Assembly: GCA_030770535.1 (NCBI GenBank)
Contig: JASVEC010000003.1
Coordinates: 1,054,001-1,118,000 of the forward strand
Length of the DNA: 64,000 bases
Reading direction: 5' to 3'
Source: Batkoa obscura
Taxonomy: Eukaryota
In this document: piece after piece, positions 1-11,871 of the stretch
How positions within the stretch are numbered: position 1 is the stretch's first letter
Layout of the letters: each line of letters opens with the position of its first letter
The notes under the pieces: generated by a model
Told to the model about the DNA's origin: nothing
Database searches by the model: none
Seen by the model: only the letters and a program-made list of their open reading frames with translations
Program-made: the position numbers and the translations under genes

Positions 1-309
1 GTAAATGTTAACAAAAAGCAATATTCAAGTACTTTTGTTCATACACTAAAACAGGGATATATTATAGGGTGTTTCTGTAATGCATCACTAAAAGAAATAA
101 TATCTACTCACAATGGCAGTGACTTATGTTGTTACCAATTTCATTCTACTGCAATATACTCCACTATATATAGTATCAGAGGTACTTCAATCAAATATAA
201 TTTAGGTAGTCAGCATTTCCTTTATCGTCGTGTTAATGAACTTAGACTTGGTTTGGAATGTAATTATGTCCAGGAAACCCCTCCTAGTTATTTAAATAAC
301 TTTGTTTAA
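1..309 (+). CDS. 3' part of an Ssh4/Ear1-like SPRY-domain protein (paralog of 27124-27937 and 32070-32865); 5' end outside the window
   Basis: Frame 1 reads VNVNKKQYSSTFVHTLKQGYIIGCFCN...YSTIYS...KYNLGSQHFLYRR...CNYVQETPPSY-LNNFV*, aligning to the C-terminal exon of the two minus-strand paralogs. Confidence 0.75.
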   Translation, partial: VNVNKKQYSSTFVHTLKQGYIIGCFCNASLKEIISTHNGSDLCCYQFHSTAIYSTIYSIRGTSIKYNLGSQHFLYRRVNELRLGLECNYVQETPPSYLNNFV

Positions 310-769
310 ATTGGCAACATCATCTTTAATATTTTACTAATCGAAATAAAATAATTAGTTTGAACTTTGTGCTTTTTATTTGCTACTTAATATGATGATA
401 AAGTAATGGAAAATATGTATGACTACTAATTAAAAAATAAAACCGGTTAGATAGCTATATCTTTTATTTTTTAATTACATTTGAAATCCAAAATTTATAC
501 AATGTAATATTCCATTTCATTTTTTAAATAAATATCAAACAACAAATTTTCAAATAATAATATCAGTATTAATGATGTAGGAATATTTTTTCAGTCTTTC
601 CAGCTTTATCCAATATAAACTTTGGTAAATTAAAATTCGGTTAAGATTGACAATAAAGTTTCCAGCTCGATTTGGGTTCCTGCAAAATCTGCATAAAATG
701 TCTTTTTTTATTTAACCATTTTGTCCATTTTATGCACTATAAAATTTAAAAAATATCATAATTAAATAC

Positions 770-1232
770 TGTGAAATATTGCTTTATCAGCTCTCGAATT
801 GATTATAACACAACAATCACTTAAGTTGTTGTGTTCTCAAGTTCAAGCACAATCAAATCAGAGACCCTTATTTTGATTCACTGCGAGAATTTCTAACTTC
901 ATATTGCAAAGGGTATTATCTTCTCGTTTTAATATCCATACTTATTGGAGTATAAAAGAGATTCTTCAACATGATAACTCGAGGCTTTTTAATTGAATTA
1001 TTCCCCACTATTGTACCATTAATAAAGCCACTAAGTCTTTCTAATAACATCTCACGTAGATTTTACAGTAGTATCTTCTATTATATTTGTTTTACATAGT
1101 TCGTAACCTATTATGTATTATTCTTATTTATTTAAGTCTATCTTAGTTATATAAACTAAGACCATTCGACTCAAGGCAAGTTAATCAACCAAGAACTGCT
1201 TTTAACCCTACCACTGAGTACCAACTTTCACA
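770..1232 (+). mobile_element. Solo LTR-like element (463 bp)
   Basis: TGTGAAA...TTTCACA ends, internal TATAAAA (~951) then AATAAA (~1021); homologous to four other copies; no clean TSD. Confidence 0.7.
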
Positions 1233-1303
1233 ATCATTTTTAAACAATTGTATCAATTTTTGCTTATATTAAATTTGAAACTTTTATATCTATTAAAAAA
1301 TAT

Positions 1304-1400
1304 GGGGGTGTCTTTTTTGGGTTCATCACTTTTTCCATCTTTTAAGTGCTATTTGAGTGGAAAGATTGTTAGTAAAATTCTTAAACAAAAAAACATCCCC
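1304..1400 (+). mobile_element. 97-bp Sola2-associated MITE
   Basis: GGGGGTGT...ACATCCCC with ATAT on both sides; conserved core TTTAAG(C/T)GCTATTTGAG(T/C)GGAAAGATTGTTAGTAAAATTC. Confidence 0.9.
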
Positions 1401-1901
1401 ATATATATGTTTTTCCTTATTATATTTAAATTTTTAAAAATTCTGTTTTAAAGTTTAATTAAAAGCTTGTATTTTGCTTTTATTTTAATAAAAAAACAAT
1501 CTTAATTATTTTAATTATAGTTACTAATTTCAGAATAAAAATATAACTAAAAAAATATTAACAAGTACTATAAAAGATTTTTGTTTAATTTTATTAATAA
1601 AGTAGGAATTAAACTATAAAATAATAATACTTAAGTTTATAATATATATATATAATGGTAATAATAAAATACTAAATCCTGATATAGATTAATATTATAC
1701 ATTTTAAACTATTAAATATATAAATTTATCTACTTTTTAAACTATTTAGTTTTTTGATTTTATATTAATTTATATTAAATTTATTATAATACAAAATCAC
1801 ATCCCCGTATGCTAAATAATATTTATAATATAATATTAAAATATAGTATATATATTTATAATAGCTATTTTAATTATTTTTAGTTACTTTTAAGATTATA
1901 T

Positions 1902-2013
1902 GGTGATGTTTTTTTTGGTCTCTATTTTTTTCATTTTTTAAGCGCTACTTGAGCGGAAAGATTGTTAGTAAAACTATTAAGCAGAAAAATTATTAAACAA
2001 AAAATACATCCCC
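1902..2013 (+). mobile_element. MITE copy (first of a tandem pair, small internal duplication)
   Basis: ATAT-GGTGATG...ACATCCCC-ATAT. Confidence 0.85.
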
Positions 2014-2017
2014 ATAT

Positions 2018-2114
2018 GAGTGTTTTTTTTGGCTTCATCACTTTTTCCATCTTTTAAGCGCTATTTAAGTGAAAAAAGTGTTAGTAAAATTCTTGAACAT
2101 AAAAAAACATCCAC
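2018..2114 (+). mobile_element. MITE copy (second of the tandem pair)
   Basis: ATAT-GAGTG...ACATCCAC-ATAT; shares the ATAT at 2014-2017 with the previous copy. Confidence 0.85.
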
Positions 2115-2253
2115 ATATTTTATTAACTTTTTTAATAAATTTTTATAATTTAACTTAAATTTATTTGGTTATAAAACATTATTAATAAATACTCTTAATT
2201 TTAGCCTAATTTAAAAAAAAAATTGTTCTTAAATATCTGAATCAATTGAAATA

Positions 2254-2870
2254 CAGCTGCTACGGCTTTATTATGATCTTATTAGCCATAATTTTTAAAG
2301 CTGGCTATATTTTGATTAGTTTTCTAAAGCTTGACCCCTGGATTATAACTTGATTTTAGTTAAATCTTTTTCTTGAATAAATAGTTTAACAGGTCGCTAT
2401 AGAGTCACAACAGCTACACCCTTGCTTTTTGCCCTGAAAAACTAGTGGGTTGGAATTAACAGTGGATTTAAAGTTTTTAAGCTTAAGAATATTAAATATC
2501 AAACATAATAGGCTATAAAATCAATGCTAATAGTTTGAACAAATATAACCAAGTAAATGACTTACTATCATCTCATCTGTGAGCTTAGGAACATTTGAAA
2601 GTTAAGAGCCTTAGAAGTTACTACTTTTCTGAGAAAAAAGCCAGATCATTTGAGATTTTCTCCTGCTTCTAATCTAATAAAACCAAGGGATTTTAGGTTA
2701 ATAGTATGGTTGTTGCAATTCTATTGTGACTCGAGTAACTATTTATTTAAGAACAAAATTTTGCTAAATATAGGCTAGGATTCATAAATCAGGGATAAAA
2801 AAAACTAAACAAATAAATAGCTGGCTCTAAAAGCATCGCAAATTATATCGCAATAGAATTGCAGCAGCTG
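2254..2870. repeat. Degenerate long inverted repeat (foldback or old non-autonomous TIR element)
   Basis: About 165-bp arms (2254-2420 vs 2705-2870) align as imperfect reverse complements: CAGCTGCT termini; TTCTTGAATAAATAGTT vs AACTATTTATTTAAGAA. Confidence 0.55.
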
Positions 2871-3807
2871 CAAAATAGCCTTAATTTCGGAGTTTTATTT
2901 ATTCAATACCTTGATATTACTAAGATATCAACAATGGTATATTTATTATACTATCATCTATTGAAATCATCAATAGACATAAAGCATAAAATAATAGCAT
3001 GTAGTAACAATTTACTTGTATGGTAAACTACAAGTTAATATTGTCAATATGTTACTTATATTATTAATCCATATCGTCTTTATTTGATTTTTCAAATCAA
3101 AACTAATTCAGATGACTTGAAAGTGCAAAGTCATTTGTAATTCTTAAATTAAACTTCATTGTTCAAAAGTGATGTCATGGGCGGCTTATTGAAAACTCAA
3201 GCTCAATTTTTTTGATATTTAGTGTCAAAAAAATACGATCAATAATAAATAACAGAAGAAAAAGAAAAAAAGAAGTAACATTATCCATTCTAATCTTTAA
3301 AATTCGTGTCAAATTAATAAAACATGCAACTTCATTTTAAATAACAAATTGGAGATTGATGGTCATAAATTGCAACCATTTTATTTTTATAAAGTTATAA
3401 TTCCGCTCATTATGCCTCAACAGATTTAAAAATAGAAAACTTTGTTAAATGTTTTTTTAAAATGTGGGTTCAAAGCTAAATTGTATTTTAAATAAGGCAA
3501 TTTAATGACCTCACTCATCAAACTTCAAATCCAAATTAATTTTACCTCAAGAGAAAAATGAATTAATTTAGTAAAGATTTTGGATTTATGATGTTAACTA
3601 CATTTCTTAGATGAATAAAAGATGAAATTCAAACTTTGAATTGCAACATTTATTCGATTTTTTGTAGGTAAATTAAAATTGTTACAAAATTTTTAAACAG
3701 CAGTTGAATATGATTAATAATATAAAAAAACATAAACAAAGTATAAATAAAAAAGGGGATCCTTAATTTATTCATTTACTTTTTGATCTTTTTTTATATA
3801 ATATAAA

Positions 3808-6104
3808 ATGGCAGCAAAATTAGATTATACCAATATGAGTGAAACTTCGCCTTTAGCTTCCAATACTAATAACATTTCTTTATACTCAAGTTCTTCCGAT
3901 TCAGCTTCAATAATATCAACTTCATCGAAAGATAGAGATAACAATGAAGAGTTCATACCGCCATTATCTTATGAACAAGCTATATTACCCGATATAACAG
4001 TAAGTTTTATTAATTTTATAATATCTATTATTTAAACTAATCTATTAAGTTGCGAGGTATTTTATTAGGCTTAACAATAGGCAGTTTACTCTCTTTTACA
4101 AATATGTATTTTGGATTACAAACGGGATGGATAAGTATGATGAGTTTGCAGGCCTCTTTAATAGGCTATGCTATAGCCAAATCATTAGCTTGGTATGGTA
4201 AAAATTATCCACTTAATTTAGAGATAGAATCCCAAAGTACAATTAATGACTATAAATGGTATGATTTAACTATACCTTTTGGAATTAAAGAAAATGTATT
4301 TATACAAACATGTGCAGTAGCCACAGCCACCATGCCATTAGCTGGTGGATTTGTAGGAATTATACCAGCTTTAGGTATGTTAAGTCCAGAAGATAGACCC
4401 AATCATGGAATTAGTTCAGGGTTGGTTTTAAATACTTATCAACTCTTATTATGGGGATTAGGTATCGCTTTTTTTGGGGTATTTTTTGCTGTACCTTTAA
4501 GAAAACAAGTAATTTTAAAAGAAAAATTAAAATTTCCTTCTGGTACTGCAACCGCTCAAATGATTCAATTATTACATAAACCAATCGAAAAAAATTTAGA
4601 GGAAGATGAGTTATCTCAAGATACTATTTATGAACAGATAGAAAATAAGGATGAAGAGAGTAATAACAATAGCAATACAAGTTCACCATTTAGTAATGAA
4701 ACAGCTCAACAATGGAAAGCATTATTAGCAACATTTTCATTATCTTCAATAACAACCCTACTTACCACTCTTTATCCTGAATATTCTATATGGCCAATCT
4801 TTAATATCATCAATTCGGATGCCGTTAAATGGAATTGGTATATTACTCCAGCCTTAAGTTATATGGGACAAGGTATAATTATGGGTTTACCAACTACTTT
4901 ATCGATGTTGTTAGGTTCTATTATTGGTTGGGGTATCTTATCGCCAATATCATTTTATATGGGATGGGCAAAAGGGGAAGTTAATGATTGGAAGGATGGT
5001 GCTAGAGGATGGATACTTTGGATTTCATTAGCTGTTATGATTTCTGAATCCATTGTTTCTCTTTCTTTAATTACCTTTAAAGAAATTAAAACACAATACT
5101 CAAATTATATAAATGGGAAAAATCAACATGATGTTTATGAAAAAGAAGTGATCCCCTCTTGGGCTTTATATTCTGGTTTATTTTTAAGTGCCATTGGTTG
5201 CATTATGTCCATATCTATTGTATTTGATGAAATACCTTTATATTCTATTATTATTTCATTATTCTTAGGTTGTATATTATCAATCTTAGCTGTTAGAGCC
5301 TTAGGAGAAACAGATTTAAATCCAGTATCTGGTATTGGTAAAGTATCCCAAGTAATATTTGGAGCCTTATTACCAGGCAATTTAGTAGGAAATTTAGTAG
5401 CTGGTGGAGTAGCAGAAGCTGGTGCAATGCAAGCTGGTGATATGATGCAAGATTTAAAAACAGGGCATTTATTGAATGCTAGTCCAAGAGCCCAATTTTA
5501 TGGTCAATTATTAGGCTCTTTAGTATCTGTATTTATTTCCGTTTTCGCTTATCAATTATTCACCTCTACTTATACTATACCAGGCCCTGAATTTCAAGTA
5601 CCAACTGCTCAAATTTGGTTAGATATGGCTAAATTAGTTAATGGCCATCCCTTACCTCCTTATTCTGCAACATTTTCGATTGTGTTTGCTATTATATTTA
5701 CAATTATTCCAATTGTTAAATTTTTATATCCAAATACCAGACCAGTTCAATATTTACCTTCAGGTATTGCTTTTGCAATTGGTATTTATAATCCCCCCAA
5801 TTTTACATTACCTAGAGTGTTAGGTGCTTTAATTTGTGAAGCTTATTTAAAGGGTTGGTTTACAAGTTATCTTATTTCTCCTATTAGACAATTGATTGAA
5901 AAATATAAAGCAAGGAGATCACCGGATATGGTACCTTGTCAAATTTATAATCAAAGAAGAGCTAGTTTTTATCCAAGTATAAAAGAAGAGCAATATTCGA
6001 GTAATTTTCATAAGGTATTGTTTACCGTGATTGCATCTGGTTTGGTTTTAGGGGAAGGTACAATGGCGGTTAGTATACTTATTGCGAAAGTGTTTACCAA
6101 GTAG
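3808..6104 (+). CDS. OPT-superfamily (YSL/YGL114w-like) oligopeptide/metal-chelate transporter; 2 exons (intron 4000-4049)
   Basis: Spliced PDIT|LRGILLG; motifs NMYFGLQTGW, ENVFIQT, LKFPSGTATA, RALGETDLNPVSG, MQDLKTGHLL, SGLVLGEG; many TM segments. Confidence 0.92.
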
Positions 6105-6509
6105 AAAAGGAGGGTTCAATTAGGAGGGGTGTTTTATATGACTAGATAGGTAGTTGGTTATGTATAAACGATTTTATGTTAGATTGTAAATAAAAGTGTT
6201 TCAATTTTATTATTTGTATTTATTATATTATTATTTAAGTTTATTATATATATTTAGCTGCATTTATTTTCTAATATTTATATTAGTTATTGATATAATT
6301 TATAAAGAAATAACACATAACATTTTATTAAAGTATTCATTGTAAATTATAAAGTAGTAAAATAAGATAATAGTATCAAGATATAATAAGCTTTATTAAG
6401 CAGTAAATTTATTAATTATCAATCCAACCATAAGCATACTAATCCCAAAAACAAACCCGCTTTAAAAAGTGATAAAAATTGAATGCTTCCATATCCACTA
6501 AGTAAAAAA

Positions 6510-6515
6510 ACGCGT
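6510..6515. promoter_or_regulatory. Candidate MCB (ACGCGT) element with nearby CCAAT boxes
   Basis: ACGCGT 145 bp upstream of ATG 6660 in AT-rich DNA; CCAAT at ~6529 and ~6561. Confidence 0.35.
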
Positions 6516-6659
6516 CAACATTCATAAACCAATAAAATCAGTGCTTTCTTCCACAAACCACCAATCACTTAATAGTAAGTCAATAAAGTCCATAGTGAAA
6601 ACACTTCAAACATTAGCAACAAGAGCAATTCATTTTTATTCCAAAACAGAAGCCAAAAA

Positions 6660-7622
6660 ATGAGTCGATTCTACCCCAAAGGTGAACGTAAGCAATACAT
6701 TTGCGGCTGGCGCTCATGCAATACAGGCTTTGATCAACTCAGTCACCTCGTCCATCATTTATCCGAAGATCATGTAGGTTTTAAAAAAGAAGAATATGTT
6801 TGTCAATGGGAAGGTTGTGCCCGGTTTGGTAAAATACAAGCTTCTCGATTTTCCTTGATTTCCCATCTTCGTTCGCACACAGGGGAAAAACCATATCCAT
6901 GTACATTTCCTAATTGTAATAGAGATTTTACGAGATCCGACTCGTTGGCTAAACATGTCAAGTCACATCATCCAGGCTATGAAGATATTCAACAAAAGAA
7001 ACAACTGTTAGGGAGAACAATACCACAAGTGGTAGGGAGTAATAGAAGCGGAGGACAAATTAATACACAGAGACCATCGCCTTTAACTCAAAGTAATATG
7101 TCAAGGAGTATGGGTATGGATAATATGGGATATGGTGGTAGTGGTAGTAGAATGATGGCTAATGATCCAAGGTATTTTCAAGCAAATCAACTTGGAAGAG
7201 GTGATAGTAATGTCAACAGTTATTCACAACAAGCGGTACAAAGTTATTCTAGACAAGGGATGACGCAAGGACAGAAAGGTAATGAATTTGGGAATAATAA
7301 TGATAGTATGAGAAGTGGTAAAATAGCTTCTGCAATCACCTCAGGATCAGGAGAAAAGATTCAAAAAGAATTAAACTATGAAGAAAATTGCATGATTGTT
7401 AGTGAATGTATTGAGTTTTTAAATGATGAAATTGAGGGTTATAAGGAGCAGATTGAAAATAAGAAAAACAGGATTCAACAGTTGAAATTGCAGAATTATT
7501 TAACGTTAGAAAAATTGATTAAGATGAAGGAAAAGAGAAGGACTTTAAAGTTAAAGCTTAAAATGAAAAACAAATTGAATATGGATGTCAAAAAAAATAA
7601 AACTAAAAAAAGAAAGTCATAG
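6660..7622 (+). CDS. C2H2 zinc-finger protein (three Gli/YY1-type fingers), Iec1/INO80-subunit-like, with C-terminal coiled coil and basic tail
   Basis: CGWRSC..HLSEDHVG, CQWEGC..RFSLISHLRSHTGEKP, CTFPNCNRDFTRSDSLAKH; single exon. Confidence 0.8.
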   Translation: MSRFYPKGERKQYICGWRSCNTGFDQLSHLVHHLSEDHVGFKKEEYVCQWEGCARFGKIQASRFSLISHLRSHTGEKPYPCTFPNCNRDFTRSDSLAKHVKSHHPGYEDIQQKKQLLGRTIPQVVGSNRSGGQINTQRPSPLTQSNMSRSMGMDNMGYGGSGSRMMANDPRYFQANQLGRGDSNVNSYSQQAVQSYSRQGMTQGQKGNEFGNNNDSMRSGKIASAITSGSGEKIQKELNYEENCMIVSECIEFLNDEIEGYKEQIENKKNRIQQLKLQNYLTLEKLIKMKEKRRTLKLKLKMKNKLNMDVKKNKTKKRKS

Positions 7623-8006
7623 GTAAACTATGAAGATTATTTATTTTTTTATTTTTTCGGATATATACTCTGCTCTTCCATTAGCTCGCCTCATCTCTTC
7701 ATTAAATTTCATTTTTTTATATATTAAAATTTGGATTATTTTTTTTCATATTATATTTTTGGTTGTTTTTTATCTCTAAGTTTTGCTCTATTATCAACTC
7801 ATAAGTGTTGTAACTAAGTGGTAAGATAAAAAATAGACGAATTTTATTGGCTTAATTCGAGCTTACTTTGTTTCTAGCCAATGAAATAGACCACTCAACA
7901 ACCTCTAGCGTAAACTTAACATACATAAAAATAAGCATATAAAAACGTCAATCCAAGCCATCAAACTTCAAATTCGAATGCTGTCAATCTCAATCCAATA
8001 TTTAAA

Positions 8007-11000
8007 ATGAGTCTACGTAACACAATATCCTCTCTATTCTACCATCATGGTAAAGTATGCTCCAATCACCCGTTACGTATCTTGAGTTTAGCTTTTACAT
8101 GGATTAATATATTAACCTTCTTCGCCATCTATTCGTTTTATTTTGGTACTAAACCCGATTATCAATTTTTTGAAAATAATTTGATGAGTTATAATGAGAT
8201 TATTATTAATGAGGAATATCAGTTAAAATATCAATTAGTAGAAATTCGATTTGAGAATGATGTTAAAGAGATGATGAATGGTCCAAGTTTGGAGTATTTT
8301 ATGAAAGTCAACGAAAAATTGGAGACTGTGGCAATCAAAGTGAAAGAAGAGGATGGAGAAAAAGAATATCACTTTGAAGATATTTGTTTTAAACCGGAGG
8401 GATACGCGAGGTGTTTTATGTTTAATCCAATCCATTATTTTGTTCAAAATCATACTTTATGGAAAAAATATCAAAAAGAATTACAAATATCATTAATAGA
8501 AAATAGAGAAAAACAGAAGGATTTAAAATTACCATTATGGGCTATATTTAATAATGTTAAATATCAAGGGGAAGAAGTAGTTGGTATGGAAAATTTAGTA
8601 CTTACGCTGTTCCTTAATAACAAAGAAAACAGTGTAAAGATATGGAAATTGATATGGGAAAAGCTAAAAGTGGAAATAGAAAAAATAGAGGTAAAGGATG
8701 GTAGTTTAATAAGTATAAAGAATTCTAATGAAGAAAACAAAATTCATTATTTTCAAGTAAGCTGTTTATTTATCAATTAGTAGTTAAAACTTATTATTAT
8801 ACTTAGTTTATAAACCATAAAATGTTAATCTCGGCGGAAACTATGTTTATGGCATTAGGATATATTGTAGTGGTATTGTATTTATTTTTTTCAATAAGTA
8901 AATTTAAACTCGTAAAATCGAAATTTTGGTTGGGGTTTGCAGCTTTATTTTTATTAAATGTTTCGTTATTAATGAGTTTTGGTAATTTAATATATACTAA
9001 TATTTGTATTTAAGATTTAAGATTTATTTTAGGTACTTGTTATTTATTAAATATCAAACTCAATTTATTACCTTATGAAATATTACCCTTTTTAATTATT
9101 GCTATTGGTGCTGAAAATTTATTAAAGATAACAAATTCAGTAGTCTCAACAAGTATTGATCTACCCGTAAGAGAAAGAATAGGAATTGGATTAAAGGATT
9201 GTGGATATAATGTAACGTTACATTTAGGTGTAGAACTAACAATCTTAATATGTTCTGCTTTAAGTAGTAATGAAGCATTAAGTGAATTTGGTATATTTGC
9301 TAGTTTAGCATTAATTATTGATTATTTATTACAAATGACTTTTTTTATTTCAGTACTTTCAATTGATATTAGAAGATTAGAATTATCGGATTTAAATGAT
9401 AATCAAATTATTAATTCAAATATTAATAATATTCAAAATGATGAAAATTTAATGTTAGTTACTATTTGGGAAAAAATGATGTTTAAATTTAATAAATTAA
9501 AAGAATATCCTTTTTTTAAAGTTGTTATGGTAAGTATTTATATTATAAAATAATAACAATAGTAATAATAATTAATATGTTTTTGTTAATATAGATATTT
9601 TTAACAATGGGAATCATTTATTTGTTATTTAATAATTTACAAAGTTATCCAACAATATTAAAAAAAAAGGGCCAATTAAATTTTAACAATGAAGAATTAA
9701 ACGAAACTATTTGGAAATTAATTAATCCCAATAAAAAAGATATTTATATTGAATTTTTACCAAGTTATTTGATTCAATTAAAATATCTGGGAGAGAATTT
9801 TATTAATATAAAGAATAAGGAGAATAGCGTAAGTATTAATAGTAATAAGGAAAATGAAATAATGAATAAAATTAAAGAGACAATTAAATATCAACTAAAT
9901 AATATAAAAACATTACATTGGTTTAAAGTAACTATTGTATTATTAGTAGTTATCTGTTTTTGCTATTATTTTAATTATTTAAATCAACAAGGAAAAATAT
10001 CTAATGAAGTATATAACAACAGTAATGAATCAATAGAATTAAATCAACAGGAACAAATGAAAATAAAGTCAATATTTCAATTTAGCTATTCGGATATTAA
10101 ATTAATTTATGTAAGTGAAAGGATGGAGAGGATATTAATTTATACGTATCAAAATGAAGTAATGTTATGGGATTATTTAAATAATGAATTATTAATTAAT
10201 ATCCAAGTTAAAGATATTATTCACATATTATTAAGTGAACAACAAGAGATAATTTTAATCGATAATAATAGTACATTATATGTACAAAAAAAAGAAAAGG
10301 AATATAGAAAATTTGAGTTAAAATTTCAATTTATGAGTTATAAAGTTAAGAAAGTCCAATGTTTTAAAAATTTATTAATGATTTTAAACGAAGCTATGGA
10401 ATTTATTGTATTTGATTTAAGTAATGAAGATATTATCTGGAAATTAAGTTTACATTATCAAATAACTATGTTTCAATTAGTTAATAATAATACTTATTTG
10501 GCTTGTATGGATGGTAGTATATTGACTATTGAATTGGAAGATAAAGAGTTTAAGGTTACTAAATTGAATTATGCCAATATTGAGAATAATAAATTAATTA
10601 ATACAGAAGCAATTAAATTAATGAAAATTAAAGAAATTAATAAGAATGAATTAATAATAACAATAATTAATAAATTCAATCAAATGTTTATTTATTACTA
10701 TGACAAAAAGAAAAGTAACTTAAAAGTAATCCAATTAATTAATTTTAACTCAGAAGATAAAATTATACAATTAAACATATCAATTAAAAATCAATTAGTT
10801 TTAATTTATAAAAGTACAGTTGTTAAGGCGGAATTATGGATTATTAATAGAAATAATAAAAATAAAAACAATTTAATTTACAATGATGACATAGAGGAAG
10901 AAAATGAACATAATAATATTAATAATAAAAATAATCTTCGAAAAATAAATATAAATAATAATGGTTGTAAATTTACTTATTTTAATCAACAAAAGGAATT

Positions 11001-11319
11001 AATTTATTGTAATTTTAATGAGGAAAATAATCAATGGGAATTAATTCAGTTAGATATGAAATTGAATCATAATATTATTTATACGTTAAATAATAATAAC
11101 AAAGATAATATAGAATCAAACATTAATTTAATAAGTAAGTTAATAATATATATTTATAATATTTATGATATTTATATAATAATAATAATTTTAATAGATA
11201 CTAAATATAAGATATATCCTCCGCTAATGTATAATGATATTTTATTACCCCTTATAACAACTCCTATCGCCACCTTTATAGTTATAGGGAATTATATTTA
11301 TTTAATAGAAAAAAAATAA
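8007..11319 (+). CDS. SCAP: SREBP cleavage-activating protein (SCAP/Scp1): sterol-sensing domain plus a divergent WD40-like C-terminus; about 5 exons
   Basis: N-terminus LRNTISSLFYHHGKVCSNHP; SSD motifs VKSKFWLG, EILPFLIIAIGAEN, VVSTSIDLPVRERI, DYLLQMTFFISVLSIDIRRLELSDL; introns ~8757-8806, 8982-9032, 9530-9594, probably 11135-11197. Confidence 0.88.
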
Positions 11320-11363
11320 AAAATACTCCAACTCTAAATTTAAATTCAGATTTAAATTCCATC

Positions 11364-11666
11364 TCAATGATTATTGTTATTATTATTATTATTTACTCCG
11401 CCATCAATATCTAATTTAAAGGCATTTTGATCTAGTATGGTTTGTACTTCATAATGAATATATTTTAATTTGGATTCATTAACAAAGAGAGTTTCGGAAT
11501 CTAAATCTTCAAGAATGATGTCACCACCTCGGTCTAAACTTAAAATGATTTCTTTTACTGCAGCATCACTGAAGAGAAATACAAGAGATTAGTAAGAGCT
11601 TTAGGGTTAATAGGTAGGTTGAACTTACCATGTTATTATGACTCCACTAAGTACTTGAATTCCCAT
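11364..11666 (-). CDS. TFB5: TFIIH subunit Tfb5/p8 (GTF2H5); 2 exons (intron 11569-11628); absent from the ORF track
   Basis: Spliced MGIQVLSGVIITCDAAVKEIILSLDRGGDIILEDLDSETLFVNESKLKYIHYEVQTILDQNAFKLD..., matching the Tfb5 pattern (GVLIxCD, IIxDLD, LDQNAF). Confidence 0.88.
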
Positions 11667-11871
11667 GATTTTAAGATTGGATGAATTGAATTGAAAATAA
11701 AAATAAACTTAATAAAAAATAAACCTTCAAAATTTAAAACTGTACTCAAAAATCTAAGCAAAGTTTAATACATTCAACTTTAAACCAATAATAATCCATT
11801 TCTTTTTTAAATTAATTTACTTAATATATTCAACCTCTCAACTTTCGCCCATTGACTAATATTTCTAACAA

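Noticed and set aside
1248..1451. Short ORFs overlapping MITEs (1248-1451, 35969-36175, 45722-45940) with similar peptides
   Set aside because: The similarity comes from translating the same non-coding MITE; they are not genes
1304..2114. CRISPR-like reading of the recurring ~97-bp palindrome-ended repeat
   Set aside because: Dispersed in both orientations with TSDs, no regular spacers, no cas genes, eukaryotic context
5135..5823. Antisense or alternative-frame ORFs inside real genes (also 6759, 8235, 11807, 12591, 15470, 17605, 30611, 32549, 37897, 41379, 49590, 54188, 55637)
   Set aside because: Shadows of the coding strand with no independent motifs
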